A stretch of DNA of 60,289 nt, counting the filler. It is 4 parts of 4 records of this genome, joined end to end, with 100 filler letters (N's around TTAATTAATTAA, not from the genome) between each part and the next. Parts side by side here need not be neighbours in the genome. Positions count along the whole stretch, not along the records: positions 1 to 23,859 come from SRR31156797_8986; 3 more parts are not named here. One strand, 5' to 3'. The position numbers and the translations under genes are program-made. How positions within the stretch are numbered: the stretch's first letter is position 1; each line of letters begins with the position of its first letter. This document shows, piece after piece, positions 1 to 10,074 of this stretch. A model generated the notes under the pieces. It made no database searches. It saw nothing but the letters and a program-made list of their open reading frames with translations, and was not told where the DNA came from.

Positions 1-1
1 G

Positions 2-1099
2 CCCACCAACCACCTGGATGCCGAATCGGTGGAATGGCTTGAGCACCATCTGCAGCAATACAAGGGCACTGTAATAGCTGTAACCCACGACCGCTATTTC
101 TTAGACAATGTAGCGGGCTGGATCCTGGAGCTCGACCGGGGTGAAGGCATCCCCTGGAAAGGCAATTACTCCTCATGGCTGGATCAAAAAACCAAACGCC
201 TCGAAATGGAGGAAAAATCCGAAAGCAAGCGCCGTAAAACCCTGGAACGGGAACTTGAATGGGTAAGGATGGCACCAAAGGCACGACATGCCAAATCAAA
301 AGCCAGGCTCTCAGCCTACGAAAAAATGATGGATGAGGATTCGAAACAAAAAGAAGAAAAGCTGGAAATATTCATCCCCAATGGCCCAAGGCTTGGAAAC
401 AAGGTAATTGAAGCCGATGAAGTAAGTAAAGCTTTTGGAGATAAACTGCTTTTTGATAACCTCAATTTTCAGTTACCACCAGCAGGGATTGTAGGTGTGA
501 TTGGCCCCAATGGGGCAGGTAAAACCACCCTTTTCCGCCTGATTATGGATCAGGAAACACCTGACAACGGGACATTTACAACCGGCGAAACCGTTAAGGT
601 TGGATATATTGACCAGGCACATGCCGACATCGATCCGGAGAAAACAGTTTGGGAGGTGGTATCCGGAGGACATGAAACCATCAAACTGGGTAATCGTGAG
701 ATGAATTCCCGTGCATATGTTTCCCGGTTCAATTTCAGCGGCGCCGATCAGCAAAAGAAAACCGGTGTACTTTCAGGTGGTGAACGAAACCGACTTCATC
801 TGGCGCTAACCCTGAAACAGGAAGCCAACGTACTCTTGCTTGATGAGCCTACCAACGACATCGACGTAAACACACTCCGTGCGTTGGAAGAAGGCCTGGA
901 AAACTTTGCAGGTTGTGCTGTGGTTATTTCTCACGACCGCTGGTTCCTCGACCGGATCGCTACCCACATCCTGGCCTTTGAAGGCAACTCGCAGGTTTAT
1001 TTTTTTGAAGGTGGCTACAGCGAATATGAGGAAAACAAAAAGAAACGCCTGGGCGATGAAGGTCCGAAACGAATTAAATACCGTAAACTAAAAGCCTGA
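2..1099 (+). CDS. ettA: ABC-F ATPase, energy-dependent translational throttle protein EttA (5'-truncated by window edge)
   Basis: Frame is open from base 2 ([14 protein letters not shown]). Second ABC domain has [16 protein letters not shown] and LLLDEPTND. The [21 protein letters not shown] and [19 protein letters not shown] motifs are typical of EttA. Confidence 0.9.
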   Translation, partial: PTNHLDAESVEWLEHHLQQYKGTVIAVTHDRYFLDNVAGWILELDRGEGIPWKGNYSSWLDQKTKRLEMEEKSESKRRKTLERELEWVRMAPKARHAKSKARLSAYEKMMDEDSKQKEEKLEIFIPNGPRLGNKVIEADEVSKAFGDKLLFDNLNFQLPPAGIVGVIGPNGAGKTTLFRLIMDQETPDNGTFTTGETVKVGYIDQAHADIDPEKTVWEVVSGGHETIKLGNREMNSRAYVSRFNFSGADQQKKTGVLSGGERNRLHLALTLKQEANVLLLDEPTNDIDVNTLRALEEGLENFAGCAVVISHDRWFLDRIATHILAFEGNSQVYFFEGGYSEYEENKKKRLGDEGPKRIKYRKLKA

Positions 1100-1102
1100 G
1101 TC

Positions 1103-1783
1103 ATGGAAGATAAACTATATGCCGTTATTACAGGGGATATTTACAAATCATCACGGTTTTCCGGTGAAAAACGAACATCCCTCCTGGCTGTTTTAAAAAA
1201 GGCATTTCAGAATGTTGACAGGGTTTTGGGAGATGATGTAATGGGCTTTCCTTTCGATATTTTTAGAGGCGATAGTTTTCAGGGGGTTATCACCGATCCG
1301 GCGCAGGCTTTAAAAGTTGCCATCATAATCAGAGCCACAGCCAGAAGCTTTTTTAAAACCACACTTAAAAATGCGGTTGACGCCAGGATAGCAATTGGGC
1401 TTGGTACTATTGACTATATGCCCAAAACAAGCACAGGTGAAGGAGATGGTGATGCATTCCGGAATTCGGGGCCTGTACTGGATTCGATGGCCAAACATTC
1501 GCGCATGCTTTTAATAAAAACCCCTTTTAAATCACTGAACGATGAATTCAATGTTGAATGTGCACTTCTTGATGCGATTATTGCAAAATGGTCACCAGAA
1601 CAAGCATTGACTGTGATTGAAATTCTTGATAACAAAACTCAGGAAGAAATGGCTGGGATATTTAACATCTCCCAACCGGCGGTAAAAAAACGAATCGATG
1701 CTTCCAATTTCTTTGCCTTGCAACTCATGATGCTACGATACAACCAATCATTTACCGAACAAAAGAACAAATACAAATTATAA
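1103..1783 (+). CDS. SatD-family protein (nucleotide-cyclase-like N-terminal domain + C-terminal HTH)
   Basis: Motifs YAVITGDIYKSS, FRGDSFQG, RIAIGLG and DGDAFRNSG. C-terminal HTH TQEEMAGIFNISQPAVKKRI. Lies upstream of a DUF3307 gene, the usual arrangement for this family. Confidence 0.75.
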   Translation: MEDKLYAVITGDIYKSSRFSGEKRTSLLAVLKKAFQNVDRVLGDDVMGFPFDIFRGDSFQGVITDPAQALKVAIIIRATARSFFKTTLKNAVDARIAIGLGTIDYMPKTSTGEGDGDAFRNSGPVLDSMAKHSRMLLIKTPFKSLNDEFNVECALLDAIIAKWSPEQALTVIEILDNKTQEEMAGIFNISQPAVKKRIDASNFFALQLMMLRYNQSFTEQKNKYKL

Positions 1784-1855
1784 CCCTCTGGGGTTATATT
1801 TATCATTTATAACCCTGTGGGGTTATTTTTATTCATCATAAGCCTGCAGCGTTAT
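1780..1855. repeat. Three 18-bp palindromic units ATAACC-N6-GGTTAT at an exact 29-bp period (putative operator array)
   Basis: ATAACCCTCTGGGGTTAT 1780-1797, ATAACCCTGTGGGGTTAT 1809-1826, and degenerate ATAAGCCTGCAGCGTTAT 1838-1855, separated by 11-nt AT-rich spacers. Confidence 0.85.
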
Positions 1856-1904
1856 TACAAATTGTAAAGAATTAAATTTTTCGAAACGAAAAATCATTTA
1901 CACC

Positions 1905-2630
1905 ATGGATCTGTTTCAAAATGCTGATTTACCGTTACTGATCAGGTTGTTACTTGCCCACCTGTTAGCTGATTTTCTTTTTCAGAAAAGAAGTTGGGTG
2001 GAGGAAAGAATGGAGAAGAAATGGAAAGCCAAATCACTTTACTTACATGTATTTATTGTTGGGTTACTCACCTGGCTGGTTTCCGGATACTATCAAAACA
2101 TATGGATTCCTTTGCTGGTAATGGTAACCCATTATCTCACCGATCTATGGAAATCCAACACCAAAAACAGCATCATGAGTTTTCTGCTCGATCAATTCAC
2201 CCATATCCTCATACTTGTGATAGCCTGGCTGCTATATCAAAAAATAAAATTTGAAGATTTTGAGCTTGTAATTGGATTATTTAACAATGGAAAGTTTCTG
2301 GCAATAATCACCGGCTACTATTTTGTGATTTGGCCGGCCGGATTCATCATTGCAAAAATCACAGAAAACTGGCAAAGTCATATTTCAAACGAAGGTCTTG
2401 CTGATGCCGGAAAATGGATTGGTATCTTTGAACGTATTCTCATTTTGACTTTTGTTTTGATCAATCAATTTGCCGGAATTGGCTTTTTAATTGCGGCCAA
2501 GTCCATTTTACGATTTGGCGAAATAAAAAATAAAGACCACCGTAAAGATGCTGAGTACATCCTGCTTGGTACCATGATCAGTTTTATTCTAGCAATCTTA
2601 ACAGGTTTATTGGTTAACAGCTTCTCATAA
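1905..2630 (+). CDS. DUF3307-family multi-pass membrane protein
   Basis: His/Asp motifs HLLADFLFQ, YLH, THYLTDLWK and LDQFTH. C-terminal AGKWIGIFERILI and AAKSILRF..AEYILLGT. Several hydrophobic helices. Confidence 0.8.
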   Translation: MDLFQNADLPLLIRLLLAHLLADFLFQKRSWVEERMEKKWKAKSLYLHVFIVGLLTWLVSGYYQNIWIPLLVMVTHYLTDLWKSNTKNSIMSFLLDQFTHILILVIAWLLYQKIKFEDFELVIGLFNNGKFLAIITGYYFVIWPAGFIIAKITENWQSHISNEGLADAGKWIGIFERILILTFVLINQFAGIGFLIAAKSILRFGEIKNKDHRKDAEYILLGTMISFILAILTGLLVNSFS

Positions 2631-2661
2631 AAAAAGGCCCCCGTTTTCGGGGGCCTTTTTT
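2629..2661. terminator. Bidirectional intrinsic terminator between convergent DUF3307 and groEL
   Basis: AAAAAGGCCCCCG-TTTT-CGGGGGCCTTTTTT: GC stem flanked by A and T runs. Confidence 0.85.
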
Positions 2662-2687
2662 GAAATATATATGGTTGAATGTTGTTT

Positions 2688-4349
<1,662 letters not shown>

Positions 4350-4372
4350 TTATTAATGAATGAATATTTTGC

Positions 4373-4651
4373 TTAAACAATTGCTACCAGATCTGATTCA
4401 CGCATGATGAGGTAATCCTTACCATCAATTGTAATTTCAGTTCCGGCGTATTTCCCGTAAAGAACCACATCACCTTCTTTTACTGTAATGGGTTCGTCTT
4501 TTTTACCAGGACCAACTGCCACTACATGTCCTTTTTGTGGTTTTTCCTTGGCAGTATCAGGAATGATGATTCCGCCAGCAGTTTTTTCTTCGGCTACTGC
4601 AGGTTCAATAACTACCCTGTCAGCCAATGGTTTGATGTTTACTTTTGCCAT
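4373..4651 (-). CDS. groS: Co-chaperonin GroES
   Basis: [24 protein letters not shown], immediately upstream of groEL. Confidence 0.98.
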   Translation of the reverse strand: MAKVNIKPLADRVVIEPAVAEEKTAGGIIIPDTAKEKPQKGHVVAVGPGKKDEPITVKEGDVVLYGKYAGTEITIDGKDYLIMRESDLVAIV

Positions 4652-4707
4652 ATTCTCTTAAATTTTTAATGATTTATTATTCTTTTCAGCTTTGTACGCG
4701 CCGCAAA

Positions 4708-4723
4708 TCAGATTTTATGCCAA
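4708..4723 (-). promoter_or_regulatory. Sigma54-like -24/-12 element upstream of groES
   Basis: Minus strand reads TTGGCATAAAATCTGA (GG-N10-GA, one mismatch to GG-N10-GC), about 57 nt before the groES start. Confidence 0.35.
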
Positions 4724-4856
4724 AACAATTTGACAGGGATTTTTAATCCAAAACTCCGGGTAATCAAAATATCTTAACCCAAAGAAAGCCCTCTTAAATA
4801 GCTGTTTTTCAATATTTAAAATGTTTTCCTTAAAAAATGACAGGACAATCCGGCGC

Positions 4857-4895
4857 AAAAAAAATGTCAGACTGCCTATGACAATCTGACATTTT
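4857..4895 (-). terminator. Intrinsic terminator after secG
   Basis: Minus strand AAAATGTCAGA...TCTGACATTTTTTTT hairpin with U-tract. Confidence 0.65.
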
Positions 4896-4918
4896 ATATT
4901 TAAAATATTTTCTATCTG

Positions 4919-5293
4919 TTATTCTGCACCACCTTCGTTATTGTCGCCACCTTCAGGAGCATCATTGGTTCCATCGACAGGTTCGAAAGGTGTGGTGGTA
5001 GTTGGGATAGGAATCTCGTCAATCGACCTTCTGATTTCTGTATCCGTAACACTGCTTGCTTCATATTTGGGTATTACCTTTGAAGAACCAAGTACAAGAA
5101 CCATCATTCCAACGGCGAGCGACCAGGTGAATTTTTCAAGAAAATCAGCCGTTTTACGAACACCCATGTATTGATTTGAACCGGCAAAGTTGGATGCCAG
5201 GCCACCACCTTTTGAGTTTTGAACAAGTACTACAAGTACGATTAATACGGCAATGATCAGCAGAAGTACAGTTAAAAGAATGAAAAGTCCCAT
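4919..5293 (-). CDS. secG: Preprotein translocase subunit SecG
   Basis: VLVQNSKGGGLASNF..GVRKTADFLEKFTW with two TM helices. Position upstream of groES is typical for Bacteroidota. Confidence 0.92.
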   Translation of the reverse strand: MGLFILLTVLLLIIAVLIVLVVLVQNSKGGGLASNFAGSNQYMGVRKTADFLEKFTWSLAVGMMVLVLGSSKVIPKYEASSVTDTEIRRSIDEIPIPTTTTPFEPVDGTNDAPEGGDNNEGGAE

Positions 5294-5297
5294 GTTA

Positions 5298-6248
5298 TCA
5301 ATTATTTAGATTCAGTTTTTCCTTAATTTTTTCAATTTGGCGTGCAAAGTAACTACTTTTTTCCGGAACTTTCAAAATTAATTTTTGGTAAATTCCAATT
5401 GCTTTTTCGTAGCTCCCCTGGTTGTAATAAATCTTTGCAAGCGTCTCACTCACAATATCTTCTTTATCTACTTCGCTTCGTTTTGCATAATCTACCGGAT
5501 TAAAAAAGTCAGACTGGTTGCGTGATATTCGCGGTGCATTTTTAATAAACCGGTCAATGAGTTCTGTTTTAGATTTTTTAAAACTGGATTTAACAGGGTC
5601 ATTTTCACCATCATTTTCGTACTTTTTGGAGTGCTTCCTGAATTCGACACCTGGTTTAATTTCTTTTTCTGTTTCCTCGGCAGGCCTTTCCTCACTGTCA
5701 TTCACACTTTCTTCTGCTCCTGCAATTTCATTTTCGGTAACTTCAGGCTCATCATCAATTTCAGCAGGTTTCGCCACCTCTTCCCGGACATCTGTCTCAG
5801 GTGCACTCTCTGTACCTTTGTGTTCATTTTCAGCATCCGCTGATTCAGGTTCATATTGATTCAATTTGTCAACACCCGGAGTTACCATGCTATCATCTTC
5901 ACTTGAACTCTTTTTCAGGTTATGAGTCAGCGGATCTGTTTCAGTAAAGGGATCCTTTTCAGCGATTTCCTGATCTTTATCTTCCGGAACCATACTTTCC
6001 AGGTTTGTATAAAAATCAGTAATCTGAACCAAATCTTTAAGCATACCCCTGTCGCCGGCATATGCCGCCACAAGTTTCATACGGTTTTGTTGCTGCATTT
6101 CATTGTTTTGCAACATCGAAATGAAATAGAGCAGTTGACTGGTCTGGCAATAGGGATAGCGGTTTACAATTTCCTGTAAAGCTGCCCTGTCTACTTTGCC
6201 ACCTTCCGGCACAAGATTTATTTGATCGATAAATTGCGCTTTATTCAT
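5298..6248 (-). CDS. Conserved hypothetical protein with acidic linker and C-terminal TPR-like motif
   Basis: N-terminal YPYCQ. C-terminal [27 protein letters not shown]. Typical of the Bacteroidota gene preceding secG. Confidence 0.75.
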   Translation of the reverse strand: MNKAQFIDQINLVPEGGKVDRAALQEIVNRYPYCQTSQLLYFISMLQNNEMQQQNRMKLVAAYAGDRGMLKDLVQITDFYTNLESMVPEDKDQEIAEKDPFTETDPLTHNLKKSSSEDDSMVTPGVDKLNQYEPESADAENEHKGTESAPETDVREEVAKPAEIDDEPEVTENEIAGAEESVNDSEERPAEETEKEIKPGVEFRKHSKKYENDGENDPVKSSFKKSKTELIDRFIKNAPRISRNQSDFFNPVDYAKRSEVDKEDIVSETLAKIYYNQGSYEKAIGIYQKLILKVPEKSSYFARQIEKIKEKLNLNN

Positions 6249-6260
6249 TTGCGTAAAAAA

Positions 6261-7856
6261 CTACAATTCTGTAGCAGTTGGTTGAGGTTTGTCTTTGAGT
6301 TTTGGATAATCAAGCGAATAGTGCAAACCCCGGCTTTCTTTTCGCTGCATGGCCATTTTAATAATCAGGTATGCCACATTGATCATGTTCCTTAGCTCAC
6401 AGATTTTTACAGTAAGGATTGATTTATCGTAGAGTTCTTCTGTTTCACGATAGATAATCTCCAACCTGTCGAGGGCTCTTTTCAGCCGCAGGTTTGATCT
6501 TACAATGCCAACATAGCTGCTCATGATAGCCTGGAGGTCTTTCAGGCTTTGCGTGATCAAAATCATCTCCTCGTTCAAAACAGTACCCTCTGCATTCCAG
6601 TCCGGAATATCCTTTTTAAAATCAATTTCGCGGGCTTTCTCGATTGCGACCAGGCTTGCCCGGTGTGAAAACACCACTGATTCGAGCAGGGAGTTTGATG
6701 CCAGCCTGTTGGCCCCATGCAACCCGGTGGAGGCACATTCGCCACTGGCAAATAAATTTTTAATGCTGCTCAAACCATTTTCATTAACCTTGATGCCGCC
6801 ACAGGTATAATGCGCAGCCGGTACAACCGGGATCATATCCCTGGTGATGTCAATGCCAATGCTGAGGCATTTTGCGTAGATGGTTGGAAAACTATTGATG
6901 AGCTCGTTTTTATCGAGGTGTCTGCAATCGAGGTATACGAATTCATCACCAGAAATCTTCATTTCATTATCTATGGCCCGTGCAACAATGTCGCGCGGAG
7001 CAAGCGATTCTCTTTCATCATACTTTTTCATGAATGGGTCTCCTGCCCTGTTTTTCAATATACCCCCAAATCCACGCAAGGCTTCAGTAATTAAAAATGA
7101 AGGCTTCTCTTTTGGGTTGTAAAGTGCTGTAGGATGAAATTGTATAAACTCCATTTTTTCGATAATCCCCTTGGCACGATATACCAGAGCAATTCCATCA
7201 CCGGTAGCGATCTGCGGGTTAGTGGTGGTTGCATAAACATTTCCGGCACCACCAGTAGCGAGCATGGTGGTTTTGGCAAGAACAGTGTGAATTTCATTGC
7301 TTCGTTCATTCAGCACATAGGCACCATAACATTCAACATCTTTACGCCGCCGGTTTACTTCTTCACCCAGGTGATGTTGTGTAATAATGTCAAGCGTAAA
7401 ATGATTTTCAAGCATCTCGATATTCGGCGCTGATTTTGCTTGTTGCAGGAGCACGTTCTGAATTTCCTGGCCGGTATTATCCTTGTGATGAAGCACCCTG
7501 TATTCAGAATGGCCCCCCTCCTTGCCCAGGTCATACCTTCCGGTTTTTGTTTTATCAAAGCGGGCACCCCAATTGATAAGTTCTTTGATACGCTCAGTTG
7601 ATTCGGTAATTGTTATCCGTACAATATTCTCATCGTTCAGTTCATCACCCGCAACCAATGTATCCCTGATGTGCTTTTCATAAGTGTCTGGTGTATACAT
7701 TACTGCTGCTATCCCACCCTGGGCATATCGTGTAGCTGTTTCATGGGCCTCAGTTTTTGTAACTACGCATACACTGCCAAATTCAGCTACTTTAAGTGCG
7801 TAGCTGAGCCCGGCAATGCCGGTACCAATAATCAGGAAATCGTATTCCTTTCGCAT
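6261..7856 (-). CDS. nadB: L-aspartate oxidase
   Basis: IIGTGIAGL FAD motif, AQGGIA, EGGHS, QFHPT, PAAHYTCGGI, GLHGANRLASNSLLE, ESRGLHY. Confidence 0.95.
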   Translation of the reverse strand: MRKEYDFLIIGTGIAGLSYALKVAEFGSVCVVTKTEAHETATRYAQGGIAAVMYTPDTYEKHIRDTLVAGDELNDENIVRITITESTERIKELINWGARFDKTKTGRYDLGKEGGHSEYRVLHHKDNTGQEIQNVLLQQAKSAPNIEMLENHFTLDIITQHHLGEEVNRRRKDVECYGAYVLNERSNEIHTVLAKTTMLATGGAGNVYATTTNPQIATGDGIALVYRAKGIIEKMEFIQFHPTALYNPKEKPSFLITEALRGFGGILKNRAGDPFMKKYDERESLAPRDIVARAIDNEMKISGDEFVYLDCRHLDKNELINSFPTIYAKCLSIGIDITRDMIPVVPAAHYTCGGIKVNENGLSSIKNLFASGECASTGLHGANRLASNSLLESVVFSHRASLVAIEKAREIDFKKDIPDWNAEGTVLNEEMILITQSLKDLQAIMSSYVGIVRSNLRLKRALDRLEIIYRETEELYDKSILTVKICELRNMINVAYLIIKMAMQRKESRGLHYSLDYPKLKDKPQPTATEL

Positions 7857-7860
7857 AGTG

Positions 7861-7868
7861 CAAATTTA
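7861..7868 (-). promoter_or_regulatory. Bacteroidota -7 promoter box (TAnnTTTG) directly before nadB
   Basis: Minus strand TAAATTTG, 4 nt upstream of the ATG. Confidence 0.45.
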
Positions 7869-7870
7869 GC

Positions 7871-8263
7871 TTAGAGGTTTTTACGGATACGATCAGCAAT
7901 CTCTTTAAACTCCTCATCTGAAAACTTCATCTTGGGCTTGCTGAAATCAATATCGAAAATTCCGTTTATTGGCACCAGATGAATGTGTGCATGGGGAACT
8001 TCCAATCCTAAAACGGCAATCCCAATACGTTTACAATCAACCTCTTTTTCAATGGCCAAGCCTATCTTTTTTGCAAACACTATCATACCGGCAAGCAAAT
8101 CATCATCCACATCAAAAATGTAATCGACCTCCTTTTTTGGTATCACCAATGTGTGACCTTTAGCCAACGGATTAATATCAAGAAAGGCCATGTAATTTTC
8201 GTCCTCTGCAATTTTATATGCAGGAATATCGCCGTTAACAATTTTGCTAAAAATGCTGCTCAT
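7871..8263 (-). CDS. HIT (histidine triad) family protein
   Basis: SIFSKIVNGDIP, AFLDINPLAKGHTLVIPK, and the HAHIH triad. Confidence 0.93.
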   Translation of the reverse strand: MSSIFSKIVNGDIPAYKIAEDENYMAFLDINPLAKGHTLVIPKKEVDYIFDVDDDLLAGMIVFAKKIGLAIEKEVDCKRIGIAVLGLEVPHAHIHLVPINGIFDIDFSKPKMKFSDEEFKEIADRIRKNL

Positions 8264-8301
8264 GATTTAAATATTTAGATGTACAAAACTAACAATTCCA
8301 T

Positions 8302-8345
8302 AAAAAAGAAATTGCCAAATAGTATTTCGACTATTTGGCAATTTC
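8302..8345 (-). terminator. Intrinsic terminator after greA
   Basis: Minus strand GAAATTGCCAAATAGT-CGAAAT-ACTATTTGGCAATTTC-TTTTTT. A -7 box (TAGTTTTG, 8284-8291) for the HIT gene follows. Confidence 0.8.
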
Positions 8346-8368
8346 CTATTACAATAATAATTTCAGTT

Positions 8369-8842
8369 CTATCGAGCGATATCGGTAATTTCAAAGTTAA
8401 GTTTCCCTGCAGGCACCTGTATTTCAGCCACATCACCAACTGATTTACCAAGCAGCCCTTTAGCAATTGGAGAGTTTACAGATATCTTTCCTTTTTTAAG
8501 ATCTGCTTCACTTTCGGGCACAATAGTATATTTCATGGATGTATTGTTCTTCAAATTTTTGATTGTAACAATGGAGAGAATAAACACCTTGCTCAAATCC
8601 AGTTTTGACTCATCAATAATCCTGGCATTCCTGATTGTATCTTCAAGTTTCGAAATTTTCATCTCAAGCAATCCCTGTGCTTCCTTTGCTGCATCGTATT
8701 CCGCATTCTCAGAAAGGTCGCCTTTATCCCTTGCTTCTGCAATAGCCCTGGATGCAGCCGGACGATCGACAGTAATCATACTGTGGAGTTCTTTCTTTAA
8801 TTTCTGAAGTCCTTCTTCACTATAATATTTAATATCTGGCAT
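8369..8842 (-). CDS. greA: Transcription elongation factor GreA (start set at ATG 8842; alternative 8866)
   Basis: AIAEARDKGDLSENAEYDAAKE and ISVNSPIAKGLLGK; 157 aa from 8842. Confidence 0.95.
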   Translation of the reverse strand: MPDIKYYSEEGLQKLKKELHSMITVDRPAASRAIAEARDKGDLSENAEYDAAKEAQGLLEMKISKLEDTIRNARIIDESKLDLSKVFILSIVTIKNLKNNTSMKYTIVPESEADLKKGKISVNSPIAKGLLGKSVGDVAEIQVPAGKLNFEITDIAR

Positions 8843-8877
8843 ATCTTTCTTTAACTTTTCGTTCATTCATTGATAAT

Positions 8878-8928
8878 GAAAAAGACCCTTTCCTGGAAAA
8901 GGGCCTTTAAAATTGGTGTGCAAAAATA
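8878..8928 (-). promoter_or_regulatory. greA leader: -7 promoter box followed by terminator hairpin
   Basis: Minus strand TATTTTTG (8921-8928), then AAAGGCCCTTT-TCCAGG-AAAGGGTCTTTTT, before the greA start. Confidence 0.55.
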
Positions 8929-8967
8929 ATACTTTTTCTTCGTGCAGCTTACCGACTTAACTTTTTT

Positions 8968-10032
8968 TTACAAGCTGATGCGTGCACCAATGGTATGAAC
9001 ACCATCAAACGGGTCAGTATCCCGGTATGAGTAATCAACAGCGAAAACTGATCCTTTTTCTTTATTAAGTGGAATCTGTACAGAGATACCTGCACTTGGT
9101 CCGGTAAATACCGTTGTGCGGTCAGATTTGTTGGTAATTCCTTCTTCGTAAGTATAACCGGCTCTGAGCTGCAGATAGTTTTTCAGTGAGAATTCACCAC
9201 CAACAATGATCTGGTCTTTGGTAAATGAGTTTGAAATAAATGTTCCTGCCAGTGTAAAACGGCTTTCACCAAAGAGAAAATCATACGCACCACCAATCAT
9301 CAAAGTAGCGGGTAATTCGAAATCTGAAACCCGCTGCTGGAATGTTGGTGATGTTGTTGAAAACTGTGAATAAAACCCTCTGAATGTGAGACCATCACCA
9401 GAAAACTTCATGGTGGGACCTACATTTTTGAGTGAAATACCAAACTTCACATTTTCCATCTCACCGGTAACATACTGAATACCTGCATCAATAGCAATAC
9501 CCTGTGCGCTCATATCAGCGATGGATTCAGAGATGATCTTAATGTTGAATCCACCATAAATACTGTTTGAAAATGCTTTTGCGTAAGCAATGTTGATATT
9601 AAGCAGGTTTGGGCTAAACGTTCCAATACTTGCATCAGAAGGGTCCGGATTATTAATGGTAGTTCTGGAAATATCACCAAAACCCATCGACATAATGGCA
9701 ATTGATAATGCCCCTGACTCGCCAACACGCTGGCTCAAACCGAACGCCATCACATTAATATCGGCGCCTTTTAAGTAATCCGAGTTTGCAAAGATTATTT
9801 CTGTGCTTTCCGTAAAAGCGGTACCAGCTACGTTTGTAAAAAGAGCTTCAAGACCTCTTGAACATGCCACATTGGCACCACCCCAACCTGAGCTTCCAGC
9901 CCATGGGTTAATTAATAGCTCAGAGGCCCCGGATTGTCCTGAACGGTCTTTGTTACCAGCTTCAACGGTAACCGGCAGAATTAAAGCTATTGCTAATAAA
10001 ACCGTAAATATATTTCTATAGAAATTTTTCAT
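8968..10032 (-). CDS. PorV/PorQ-family (FadL-like) outer-membrane beta-barrel, T9SS-associated
   Basis: Signal peptide. GQSGASELLINPWAGSSGWGG and ALFTNVAG resemble the PorV FL.I.P.AR..GMG..NPA motif. AIDAGIQY, FGISLKNVG, ELPATLMIG, LQLRAGY and VDYSY form alternating beta-strands. Confidence 0.7.
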   Translation of the reverse strand: MKNFYRNIFTVLLAIALILPVTVEAGNKDRSGQSGASELLINPWAGSSGWGGANVACSRGLEALFTNVAGTAFTESTEIIFANSDYLKGADINVMAFGLSQRVGESGALSIAIMSMGFGDISRTTINNPDPSDASIGTFSPNLLNINIAYAKAFSNSIYGGFNIKIISESIADMSAQGIAIDAGIQYVTGEMENVKFGISLKNVGPTMKFSGDGLTFRGFYSQFSTTSPTFQQRVSDFELPATLMIGGAYDFLFGESRFTLAGTFISNSFTKDQIIVGGEFSLKNYLQLRAGYTYEEGITNKSDRTTVFTGPSAGISVQIPLNKEKGSVFAVDYSYRDTDPFDGVHTIGARISL

Positions 10033-10074
10033 GCCTTCAAATTTTAATGTTTAATGAATGTTTGAACATTATTA

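Noticed and set aside
1780-1855. Mini CRISPR array interpretation of the palindromic repeats
   Set aside because: Repeats are 18 bp and spacers only 11 nt, there are three units, and no cas genes are present. It fits an operator array better.
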